A stretch of 64,000 bases of DNA from Minisyncoccota bacterium (GCA_036170235.1 JAVHOW010000017.1:4143-68142), one strand, 5' to 3'. Positions 17,079 through 24,935 are shown, counted from the first letter of the stretch. Notes: generated by a model not told the origin, from the letters alone. Translations and numbers: made by a program.

Positions 17079-17303
17079 ACAGAGTGAGGATGTCTAAGCT
17101 GTGGCGGTTACGACTTCCACGGAGCGCCTTGGGTATCAAGGTTCGAGAATCGTTTCAAATATTATTTCAAACGAGTGGGGATATTGATATTCAAAAAAAT
17201 AAAAGAATCGGTGCGATATGTCAGATGGTTTCGAGGACCACGCAAAATAGTGAACCTCCCGAGTATTCGAGGGGTAGTCGTACGGATGACATATCGCACG
17301 AAG

Positions 17304-17409
17304 CTCTGGGCCGTGAACGCGAACTGGTACGACGATGGTTGGAACCTCAATGCCAACTCCGTCGAGAACCCGAATGATTGGAATGCTGGCAACCAGGTCT
17401 TCTCCCGCT
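17304..17409 (+). repeat. DGR template repeat (TR)
   Basis: A noncoding copy of the VRs. It carries 24 adenines, mostly in AAC/AAT codons as read in the VR frame. It is invariant elsewhere relative to both VRs. Confidence 0.9.
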
Positions 17410-17421
17410 ATTCATTTTTTT

Positions 17422-17445
17422 CTTCTCTACTTTATTGTAGAGAAG
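17422..17445. terminator. bidirectional hairpin shared by the TR transcript and avd
   Basis: cttctctac (17422-17430) pairs with gtagagaag (17437-17445), followed by ttttcttt on the plus strand. The avd stop codon lies in the loop. Confidence 0.6.
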
Positions 17446-17779
17446 TTTTCTTTATCATATCCTTTCTCCACCCGCCGACATTTTTTCCAATAGTTTCAAG
17501 TTCTGTACCAAAAGATATATATTGCTCATTGGACATCAAACGGTTTTCCCAAAGCAATTGGATGAAGAATCTGATGTCGTCGACTTTTACAACAGCGATT
17601 TCTAGTAGTGATATTTTTTGTTTTGGTTCAGAAAATGAGGCTCTTCTCAATGCTGTGAGTAAATCAAGAAAGGCATTATCTATTCTGGAACCAAGCCCAA
17701 ATCGTTCAGTGCGCGGGATTTTCCTATGAATAATTATCCATGATGAATAAAGTAGTTTAACTTTTTCCACAACTGGCAA
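17432..17779 (-). CDS. avd: DGR accessory variability determinant (Avd; four-helix-bundle, 23S rRNA-IVS protein family)
   Basis: 115 aa. IPRTERFGLGSRIDNAFLDLLTALRRA resembles the Avd FPK.ERF.L..QIRRAA motif. It lies directly beside the DGR RT. Start is a non-ATG codon (TTG 17779 or GTG 17770). Confidence 0.8.
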   Translation of the reverse strand: MPVVEKVKLLYSSWIIIHRKIPRTERFGLGSRIDNAFLDLLTALRRASFSEPKQKISLLEIAVVKVDDIRFFIQLLWENRLMSNEQYISFGTELETIGKNVGGWRKDMIKKTSLQ

Positions 17780-17799
17780 ATATGCTGGTGAAATTGGTT

Positions 17800-17813
17800 G
17801 GGGGGGGGTGGGG
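17800..17813. repeat. homopolymeric G9-T-G4 tract in the avd/RT divergent control region
   Basis: g(17800-17808) t g(17810-13), immediately upstream of TAGACT (17814-17819). Confidence 0.9.
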
Positions 17814-17820
17814 TAGACTT

Positions 17821-18840
17821 ATGAGTATGTGCCAAATTAAGAATATTCATACCTACGAGGATATCATTTCTATGGAAAATTTGCTTGAAGCCTGGAAAGA
17901 GTTTGTGCGTGGAAAAAGAAAAAGAATTGATGTGCAAGACTTTCAATTACGATTATTTGAAAACATCCAGAAACTTCATTCTGATCTTAAAAACATGTCT
18001 TATAGGCATGGCTGTTATACTCCCTTCAAAATCAACGACCCGAAACCTCGTGACATTCACAAAGCATTAGTGAGAGATCGACTTCTCCATCACGCCGTAT
18101 ATAGAAAATTATATCCATTTTTTGATCGTACATTTGTAGCGGATTCCTATTCGTGTAGGAATGAAAAGGGGACACACAGAGCTTTCAATAGGTTTGGCGA
18201 TTTTGCGTACAGATCATCATTCGCGCACACCAAAACGGTCTACGTACTCAAGTGTGATGTAAAGAAATTTTTTGCTTCTATAGATCATCAGATTTTATTT
18301 GTAATTCTTGAACAATACATTCCTGACGTAAATATCATGTGGCTGGTACGAGAAATCGTTAATAGTTTCTGCTCAACAAAAAAAGGAGTTGGTTTGCCGC
18401 TTGGTAATCTGACGTCGCAATTATTTGTGAATATTTACATGAATGAGTTTGACCAATTCATTAAGCATAAACTCAAAGCAGAATGGTATATCAGATATGC
18501 CGATGATTTTGTCATTCTGAATCAAGACCGAAAATGGTTGGGGTTTGTTCTTCAAGAAATTCAAAATTTCTTGAATGAAAAATTGCACTTAATTCTTCAT
18601 CCAAATAAAATAAGCATTGAAACATTTGCTGGAGGAGTTGATTTTCTTGGCTGGATTCATTTCCCAAATCATCGAGTATTGAGAACTGCTACTAAAAAAA
18701 GAATGTTTAGGAATATTGAGATGAAGAAAGGGCAGAATGATCTGGACAAATTGAATGCGACGATTTGGTCATATTTAGGAATGTTGGGTCACGGAGATGG
18801 GTATGGGTTGGAGTGTGTGATCTCAAGATCAATAGTCTAG
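17821..18840 (+). CDS. DGR reverse transcriptase
   Basis: LPLGNLTSQLFVNIYMNEFD (the DGR-specific LGxxxSQ motif), IRYADDFVIL (YxDD) and KCDVKKFFASIDH. The start is more likely ATG 17821 or 17827 than the track start 17782. Confidence 0.92.
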   Translation: MSMCQIKNIHTYEDIISMENLLEAWKEFVRGKRKRIDVQDFQLRLFENIQKLHSDLKNMSYRHGCYTPFKINDPKPRDIHKALVRDRLLHHAVYRKLYPFFDRTFVADSYSCRNEKGTHRAFNRFGDFAYRSSFAHTKTVYVLKCDVKKFFASIDHQILFVILEQYIPDVNIMWLVREIVNSFCSTKKGVGLPLGNLTSQLFVNIYMNEFDQFIKHKLKAEWYIRYADDFVILNQDRKWLGFVLQEIQNFLNEKLHLILHPNKISIETFAGGVDFLGWIHFPNHRVLRTATKKRMFRNIEMKKGQNDLDKLNATIWSYLGMLGHGDGYGLECVISRSIV

Positions 18841-18882
18841 CCATATTGAAGATTTGAATTGTTATCACTATAAAAAAGAGAG

Positions 18883-18911
18883 TTGACAGATATATACTTT
18901 ATGTGTATAGT
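18883..18911 (+). promoter_or_regulatory. sigma70-type promoter of DGR target 2
   Basis: TTGACA (18883-18888), 17 nt spacer, TATAGT (18906-18911). About 110 nt upstream of the ATG. Confidence 0.55.
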
Positions 18912-19020
18912 GTTTTCAGAGCTATGGTGATAGTTTCACCCTCTAGCAAACCGTCGCGTAGCGACCCCTCAACTTGCGGGTAGCAAGAAGTTTCCTGGCA
19001 ATGAGCTGGGGAAAGGTAGT

Positions 19021-19614
19021 ATGAGCAAAAACAAGTACAATGACATAAATAACGGTCAAAACTTCGCCATATACACCAAACTCGGTGGACCCGAGGGCGT
19101 GAAAAGGTTCTTGGCAGGTGAACTGATTATGCGGAAACCGTCGCCTAATCGCCGACTCAAGTCCGTGGATGCGGTCGAATGCCCGAGGATCGAACGTTTC
19201 GAAGCAAAGGACAACTTCGGCAAAGGTGTGGTCAACGGAGTGAAGTTTTATGATTTCAACGAGAATTTCAAAAAACTTTTCATTCCAAAAGTCGAGACTG
19301 ACGTTGCTGAGACGATTCTCCAATCCCACCAACTCCTTCGGAATTCGAATGATCTGGGCATTCTCAAGGAGATCGAGGATGGCAAGGAAATCACAAACCT
19401 AGCGCATCTTCATTACGCACTCACACTCCAAGGTGATGGTCGGGGTGGTGTACTACTGGTTAACGGATATGCAAACATCTTCTACATCCGCGGTACTGAT
19501 GGTAACCTCTGGGCCGTGTTCGCGGACTGGTGCGACGATGGTTGGAGCCTCAATGCCCACTCCGTCGAGTACCCGGATGTTTGGAATGCTGGCAGCCAGG
19601 TCTTCTCCCGCTGA
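19021..19614 (+). CDS. DGR variable protein (target 2), C-terminal VR
   Basis: 197 aa paralog of target 1, ending ...NLWAVFADWCDDGWSLNAHSVEYPDVWNAGSQVFSR. Confidence 0.85.
   Translation: MSKNKYNDINNGQNFAIYTKLGGPEGVKRFLAGELIMRKPSPNRRLKSVDAVECPRIERFEAKDNFGKGVVNGVKFYDFNENFKKLFIPKVETDVAETILQSHQLLRNSNDLGILKEIEDGKEITNLAHLHYALTLQGDGRGGVLLVNGYANIFYIRGTDGNLWAVFADWCDDGWSLNAHSVEYPDVWNAGSQVFSR
19507..19612 (+). repeat. DGR variable repeat VR2
   Basis: 106 nt aligned to the TR without gaps. There are 10 differences, all at TR adenines. Confidence 0.9.
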
Positions 19615-19664
19615 TTCTTTGGGGTTTTGACCCTCTGTGTTTGTGTTCTGACACTTTGAATCTT

Positions 19665-19705
19665 TGGCGCTTTGAAACTCATGGGGTTTTGGGGCGCCAT
19701 TTTTT
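19665..19705 (+). terminator. hairpin plus T-run after target 2
   Basis: tggcgc (19665-19670) pairs with gcgcca (19694-19699), followed by T6. Confidence 0.6.
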
Positions 19706-19751
19706 GTGGGAGAAATTAGTATAATTACAGTTTTTGTGTTATATTTCTGAT

Positions 19752-20159
19752 ATGAAAATTGATGCTTATACATCAGCCATTACAGCTTTTGCCGAGAAAT
19801 ACGAGCTTGATTTCGTGGTACTTTTTGGTTCACAGGCAACCGGAAAAACACATTCAAAAAGTGATGTAGACATTGCAGTGATCAAGCGTGGCGAGATTAA
19901 TGTTGCTCGTTTGGCGGTTGAATGTGAGAAAATATTTAAACGTGAAGATGTTGAAGTCATAAGTCTTTCTGGAGCGTCGCCAACACTTATGCGCGCGGTA
20001 TATAAAGATGGAATTCTTTTGTACGAAAAAGAACCGGGGACATATCTCAGATGGAGAGTGTATGCGGCAAAAATCTGGATGGATACCGAATGGTTACGCA
20101 GAATGCGTGATCGTAAACTTATGGATTGGTCCAAGGCATATAATATAGCTAATGCATAA
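19752..20159 (+). CDS. mntA: nucleotidyltransferase-domain antitoxin (MntA-like)
   Basis: The VVLFGSQATGKTHSKSDVDIAV motif (GSx10-SDxD) of minimal nucleotidyltransferases. I chose the ATG at 19752. Confidence 0.8.
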   Translation: MKIDAYTSAITAFAEKYELDFVVLFGSQATGKTHSKSDVDIAVIKRGEINVARLAVECEKIFKREDVEVISLSGASPTLMRAVYKDGILLYEKEPGTYLRWRVYAAKIWMDTEWLRRMRDRKLMDWSKAYNIANA

Positions 20160-20164
20160 TTCAA

Positions 20165-20584
20165 ATGAATTATCCAGAAATAAACAGAAAGCTCGAAATC
20201 TTGCGTGGATACATGGAAACTCTCAAACCATACAGCGTTATGGATTTTGCTGATATATTGAAAAATGAAGAGAGAATTTTAGCTATGGAACGATTGTTTC
20301 AATTAATTGTTGACGAAGCCGCTGACATCAATTCATATATTGCATATCAAGTTTTGAACAAAGTTCCTGAATCATACAAATCTTCCTTTGGTGTTTTAGT
20401 GGAGGGTAATATCCTCGATCAAACTCTCATAGATACTATATCCGAATCTGCCAAAGTTAGAAATCAAATTGTTCATGATTATGAAAAGTTACAGAAAAAA
20501 GACGCAGTATCAGCCATACAGAAATTCTTTCCTGTTTACGAACAATATTTAGATGCGTTAGTAAAAAAGTTTATTGCAAATTAG
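20165..20584 (+). CDS. hepT: HEPN-domain toxin (HepT / DUF86)
   Basis: VRNQIVHDY is the Rx4HxY HEPN motif. It lies 5 nt downstream of the MNT gene. Confidence 0.8.
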   Translation: MNYPEINRKLEILRGYMETLKPYSVMDFADILKNEERILAMERLFQLIVDEAADINSYIAYQVLNKVPESYKSSFGVLVEGNILDQTLIDTISESAKVRNQIVHDYEKLQKKDAVSAIQKFFPVYEQYLDALVKKFIAN

Positions 20585-20625
20585 TTCAGGATATTTTCCG
20601 GCTTGATTTGCATTCGCACCTATTT

Positions 20626-21840
20626 TTACGAAATCTTTTCCACCACTTCTTTTCCGCGGGAATTAAAAACCCCATGAGTCTCAATGATTCCACGCGCACC
20701 TTGTATCCTGACCAAATCTTCATTCAAATCAGTGTTCGGATAAATGGAAATGTTATAACCGACTGACTCTAGTGCCGCGATCTTTTCTGCTGGAACAGAC
20801 TTCACATTTTTTGTAACACGCTGGACTATTTGCGCGCCGTCATTTATGGGGATGAGTGGCTCAGTGATTTTTTCACCAAGGAGCGCTTTTAGATGGGCTT
20901 CGAATGTGGTGATGCCTTTCACTCCAGCGAGGCGATTTTCATTTTGCAAATAAGATTCGAAAGTAGTTGATGCGGGTTGGCGAGCGTTTATTTCTATAAG
21001 ATGAATGTTGCCAGTCTTATCATCGCGAATAATGTCCACACCATAGAGACCGCGCCAGCCAGCGATGTTCAACTTTTTGCCGATGTCACTGGTCATGGTT
21101 TCGATAAATTCAACCTCTGATTCATTGAGTAGACTATGCGTGGCACCCCAATCATTTCCCACAGTGCTAAATTGATTGTCGGTGAATGGCGCGATGCCAG
21201 TGATCTGATAGCTGATATTACCAACGAGTATTTTGTCCGCGGCAACTACGGCGTTGACGGTGAATGATGGACCAAGGACATAAATTGTACGACGAGTTAT
21301 ACGATATGGAAATTTTTCCTGAATAGCTTTGAGTTCGGCTTCGGTATTGATTAGAAGAGTTCCTCCACCGGTATGACCATGTGCCCATTGCACGATGAAT
21401 GGTTCGCCAGTCCATGTTAGTTTCTTAGCGGGCATGATGACATTGTGTGGCAAATACTTTTTTCCAAGTTCACCGAGCCATTCAACCTGACTCATTTTAT
21501 TTTCAACAGTTTCGGAAAGGTTGGCTTTTGGGTTCAAAATATGCAAACTATTTTTGGTGGCGGCTTCCTCTACACGCGCGGTATTTTTGAAGACCAAAAT
21601 ATCGCTCGGTCTAGTGGTAAGCTTTTCTTTGATGATTGGATGATCGATGAGTTCGCGTGTACCGAGGACGCCATTTTCTGGTGTGCCATTAACCAACCAG
21701 ACATTTTCAGGAAATCGTGCGGCGAATTTTTCCGCATACGGCGTCTTGTTGGCAACGATGACATAATCACCAGAAGGATCCATGCCTAGAGCTCTCTCAA
21801 TATCGCGGGTTATGTAGGTGATAGGTTTGGGGAGTTTCAT
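20626..21840 (-). CDS. ATP-grasp domain protein, substrate unknown
   Basis: WRGLYGVDIIRDDKTGNIHLIEINARQPAST is the ATP-grasp C-terminal signature. Confidence 0.7.
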   Translation of the reverse strand: MKLPKPITYITRDIERALGMDPSGDYVIVANKTPYAEKFAARFPENVWLVNGTPENGVLGTRELIDHPIIKEKLTTRPSDILVFKNTARVEEAATKNSLHILNPKANLSETVENKMSQVEWLGELGKKYLPHNVIMPAKKLTWTGEPFIVQWAHGHTGGGTLLINTEAELKAIQEKFPYRITRRTIYVLGPSFTVNAVVAADKILVGNISYQITGIAPFTDNQFSTVGNDWGATHSLLNESEVEFIETMTSDIGKKLNIAGWRGLYGVDIIRDDKTGNIHLIEINARQPASTTFESYLQNENRLAGVKGITTFEAHLKALLGEKITEPLIPINDGAQIVQRVTKNVKSVPAEKIAALESVGYNISIYPNTDLNEDLVRIQGARGIIETHGVFNSRGKEVVEKIS

Positions 21841-21985
21841 GAAGCTTAATGTAGCAGAAAACCATACAATGTTCTAATTGACTGGATGACTTACATATTA
21901 TGAAATTTGTCACTGTCTTTTGTTGAAAAAATTAGGTCGTGGTAGAAGTTCTTGCTTTTTTTGCGCGTAAGTATAGACTGCAACT

Positions 21986-22699
21986 ATGTCTATATTCTCA
22001 ATTGTTGCTACACCTATTGGAAACCTCGAAGACATCACGCTTCGAGCTTTGAAAACGCTTTCCGCCGCTGATATCATTCTCTGCGAAGATACGCGTGTGA
22101 CCAAAAAGTTACTCGATCGTCATGGAATTAAAAAATCAACCCTGTCTTATCATGCGCACAGCAAACTTTCGCGTGTTGATGAAATTATTTCGTATTTGAA
22201 AGAAGGAAAAAATTTGGCATTAGTTTCTGACGCAGGCACTCCTGGAATTTCTGATCCGGGATCTGAATTGATGAAAAAGATTCGTAAAGAATTAGAAAAT
22301 GAAATCAGAAGTGGCGAAGTAAAGATTGAAACTATTCCTGGTCCTTCAGCGCTTACTTCCGCGCTTTCTATAGCTGGTGTACCATGCGCTGATTTTGTTT
22401 TTCTTGGATTTTTACCACACAAAAAGGGCAGAGAAACTTTGTTCAAAGAAATTGCCAATTCGGAGCGCACAATGATTTTCTATGAATCACCGCATCGGAT
22501 TATGAAATCATTGGAAAGTTTGGAAGAACATTTGAATGACATATCAGATGCCAAGCCACCGCGGAAAGTCACAGTCTGTCGTGAATTGACGAAGATATTT
22601 GAAGAAGTTGTGCAGGGTACTGCCAAGGAAGTTAAGAATTATTTTGAGGAACATGCCGATAAAGTTAGAGGGGAGTTTGTGGTGATTGTTAGTAGTTAA
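21986..22699 (+). CDS. rsmI: 16S rRNA (cytidine1402-2'-O)-methyltransferase
   Basis: SIVATPIGNLEDITLRALKTLSAADIILCEDTR, LVSDAGTPGISDPG and FYESPHR motifs. Confidence 0.9.
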   Translation: MSIFSIVATPIGNLEDITLRALKTLSAADIILCEDTRVTKKLLDRHGIKKSTLSYHAHSKLSRVDEIISYLKEGKNLALVSDAGTPGISDPGSELMKKIRKELENEIRSGEVKIETIPGPSALTSALSIAGVPCADFVFLGFLPHKKGRETLFKEIANSERTMIFYESPHRIMKSLESLEEHLNDISDAKPPRKVTVCRELTKIFEEVVQGTAKEVKNYFEEHADKVRGEFVVIVSS

Positions 22700-22864
22700 G
22701 AGTTGGCAAGCGTGAGGATGTGTATTTGCACGTATTGAACTGTCTGAGCGAGTAACACGTAACTCAAAATTGGAATCACCACCGTAGCCACGTAAAATTT
22801 TGAGTGGAGTGTACGTTGAGAGTTTTCAAGACGCGCAAATACACATCCTCACGCTTGCCAACTC
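22700..22864. repeat. long hairpin element, copy A (30-bp perfect outer inverted repeat + conserved core)
   Basis: 22700-22729 is the perfect reverse complement of 22835-22864. The core 22735-22830 contains TGAACTGTCTGAGCGAGTAACAC, the stem ACTCAAAATT/AATTTTGAGT and GTGTACGTTGAGAGTTTTCA. The element starts 1 nt after the rsmI stop. Confidence 0.88.
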
Positions 22865-22907
22865 GTAATAAAAGAGCCGCGCAAATCAGTGAAGAGATGG
22901 CGGCTTG

Positions 22908-23336
22908 TTATGCTTTTTCAAGAAGATGCCCAATGGCGAGTACATCAGATCCACGGTATGACAGGTGGGTAAAACCTTCGACACTGGATATTCCAGCAAT
23001 CCCGTTTCCCTTTTCGAATATCGGATGCACGATCATCTGCGGCTCATTGAGTGTAAACTTCAGGACTTTATCTTTTGTGCCAGCAATAGCACGATCGATC
23101 ACTGCTTGTACCAAAGAATTTTCCGGAAGCCAGATGCTTTTTTGTGCTTGGCGTTCAAATCGGACTGAAGACTTCAGTTCGATAATGCACTTTGTACCAT
23201 CGAGTTCGTGGCTTGCAAGTATGCCAGCGTACCAATGGTATGGTGAGACAAAGAGCCGTACGACGATTATTTTAGAGATCGGGTACAGCTTGAGATGCTC
23301 CTCGGTCAGAGGAGTAGTTTCGTAGGGTGTGCTCAT
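22908..23336 (-). CDS. hypothetical protein
   Basis: The 142-aa ORF has an ordinary protein-like composition. I preferred it over the overlapping plus-strand ORF 22804..23325, which is Cys/Ser-rich and begins inside hairpin element A. Confidence 0.5.
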   Translation of the reverse strand: MSTPYETTPLTEEHLKLYPISKIIVVRLFVSPYHWYAGILASHELDGTKCIIELKSSVRFERQAQKSIWLPENSLVQAVIDRAIAGTKDKVLKFTLNEPQMIVHPIFEKGNGIAGISSVEGFTHLSYRGSDVLAIGHLLEKA

Positions 23337-23412
23337 AACTATACCTTTTCCTTTCTGGTTCTCGATGAACCGTTTCTGGCGTTATCATAGCACTTTGCGC
23401 TATACTATCAAC

Positions 23413-23655
23413 ATGTCAAAAAGACAACTTTTAATTGTGCTAGGAGTATGGGTTATAGTATTTTTATTCCTCCATTTTCCATCAACTTGGAATAAGATTT
23501 TTGCCGTGGTGACTGGTCTTCTGATTATCATTATCGCGCTCAAGTTCAAGTCTGCGGGCAAGGTTGTTTCAGCAGGACAAGTTCCGTACGTTGAATACAA
23601 GAGTGCTACAAAAACTCCACCCATTACCAACACCGATTTACCGACTGCCTCATGA
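23413..23655 (+). CDS. small membrane protein, hypothetical
   Basis: MSKRQLLIVLGVWVIVFLFLHF...LLIIIIALKF gives two TM segments. I chose the ATG at 23413. Confidence 0.45.
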   Translation: MSKRQLLIVLGVWVIVFLFLHFPSTWNKIFAVVTGLLIIIIALKFKSAGKVVSAGQVPYVEYKSATKTPPITNTDLPTAS

Positions 23656-24935
23656 TGCGAATGTTCCGCGGTTTTGGAGCTACTCGAACAGCGATCATCA
23701 TCGTTGGTGCTTTTTTAATTATAATTATTGGTTGTATCGTTGTAGTATCTCTTCCATTTGGGCATATTGATTATTCTGCTAACGTAAGTCAGGCTATTTC
23801 AGCAACTTCTTCGGCGATAACCACTTCCTCCACAACTCAATCGTTACTTTCAGCAAGTACGACGCCAGTATTCATCGTTACTCATGTTCCAACGCCATCT
23901 TCCGTAAAAGCGGTTTATATGACTAGTTGGGCGGCTGGCAATGATAAATTTCGAAAGCATTTGTTTGATCTTGTTGATACAACCGAGATTAACGCGGTTG
24001 TTATTGATGTCAAAGATTATAGTGGTCATATCAGTTTTCCTGTTGAAGATCCAATGCTCAAAGCAACAGGTGCCGCGGAAAAAAGAATCCCTGACGTAAA
24101 AGAGTTTGTTGGTGAACTCCATAAAAAAGGAGTTTATGTGATCGCGCGCATTTCTTCATTCCAAGATTCATATATGATAAATATTCATCCTGAATGGGCT
24201 GTAAAAACAAAAGAAGGGAAGGTTTGGCAAGATTATAAAGGCGTGAAGTGGCTCGATGCTGGAGCCAAGCCAGTGTGGGATTATTTGGTGGCAATTGGAA
24301 AAGAGGCGCACGCTGTTGGATTTGATGAATTAAATTTTGACTACATTCGTTTTCCTTCAGATGGAAATTTGGTAGATATTGCGTATTCATGGGGTGCTGG
24401 ACGTAATCGCGTGGAAGTCATGAAAGATTTCTTCAGATACATGCATGATCAATTTGCTACAACTGGCATCCCGATTTCCGCTGACTTATTTGGTTTAACT
24501 ACAAGTGCCGATGGTGATTTGGGAATTGGACAAGTCTTGGAATACGCTCTGGCAGAATTTGACTATGTATCGCCGATGGTTTACCCATCTCATTTTGGTT
24601 ATGGTTTCAATGGATATAAAAAGCCAGCGCAATATCCTTATGAAGTAGTAAAATATTCCATGGATCACGCTATTGCAAAAGCAGAGGCAACTACTACACG
24701 GTTACGTTCGTTGGGAGAAGAACTGATTGCTTCGACAACGCCACCACTTTACACAAAGCAGACGTATGACAAAAATAAATTACGACCGTGGTTGCAAGCA
24801 TTTGATTTGGGAGCGATTTACACGCCGGCAATGGTTCGTACGCAAATTCAAGCTACTTACGATTCTGGTTTGACTAGTTGGATGCTCTGGAATGCTGGGA
24901 GTGTGTATAACAAAGAGGCGTTATTGGTGAAGTAA
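23652..24935 (+). CDS. membrane-anchored putative glycoside hydrolase (DUF4015 / GHL family)
   Basis: VKAVYMTSWAAGN...INAVVIDVKDYSGHISF...FDELNFDYIRFPSDG is typical of DUF4015 TIM-barrel proteins. It has an N-terminal TM segment. Confidence 0.6.
   Translation: MMRMFRGFGATRTAIIIVGAFLIIIIGCIVVVSLPFGHIDYSANVSQAISATSSAITTSSTTQSLLSASTTPVFIVTHVPTPSSVKAVYMTSWAAGNDKFRKHLFDLVDTTEINAVVIDVKDYSGHISFPVEDPMLKATGAAEKRIPDVKEFVGELHKKGVYVIARISSFQDSYMINIHPEWAVKTKEGKVWQDYKGVKWLDAGAKPVWDYLVAIGKEAHAVGFDELNFDYIRFPSDGNLVDIAYSWGAGRNRVEVMKDFFRYMHDQFATTGIPISADLFGLTTSADGDLGIGQVLEYALAEFDYVSPMVYPSHFGYGFNGYKKPAQYPYEVVKYSMDHAIAKAEATTTRLRSLGEELIASTTPPLYTKQTYDKNKLRPWLQAFDLGAIYTPAMVRTQIQATYDSGLTSWMLWNAGSVYNKEALLVK

Noticed and set aside
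16888-17729. ORFs 16888..17097, 17048..17377, 17175..17729 and 17162..17392 across VR1, the TR leader and the TR
   Set aside because: These are alternative-frame or noncoding read-throughs of DGR repeats. The same 'RRWL.PQC.LRR.PG' peptide recurs only because VR and TR DNA is repeated. The TR is expected to be noncoding.
17782-17820. N-terminal extension of the RT ORF (MLVKLVGGGWGRL)
   Set aside because: It would place the G9 tract in the coding sequence and leave no room for a promoter after the divergent avd. ATG 17821/17827 preceded by TAGACT fits the local leaderless pattern. The longer form is kept as an alternative in the G-tract finding.
19433-19773. ORFs 19433..19630, 19530..19724, 19453..19773 and 19482..19700 around VR2
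   Set aside because: These are off-frame or antisense shadows of the target 2 C-terminus and its conserved downstream element.
22700-22864. Interpreting the hairpin elements as hammerhead ribozymes, CRISPR repeats, integron attC sites or invertible promoters
   Set aside because: - Hammerhead: CUGA(A)GCGAG does not satisfy the CUGAnGA...GAAA core.
- CRISPR: there are no direct repeat-spacer arrays.
- attC: those sites have conserved ends and a variable middle, the opposite of this family.
- Invertible promoter: I found no convincing -35/-10 pair inside the core, and the arms differ completely between loci, so a shared invertase site is unlikely. Inversion remains testable.
22804-23325. Plus-strand ORF of 173 aa
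   Set aside because: It starts inside hairpin element A and has a Cys/Ser/Arg-rich composition. The overlapping minus-strand ORF 22908..23336 looks like a real protein.
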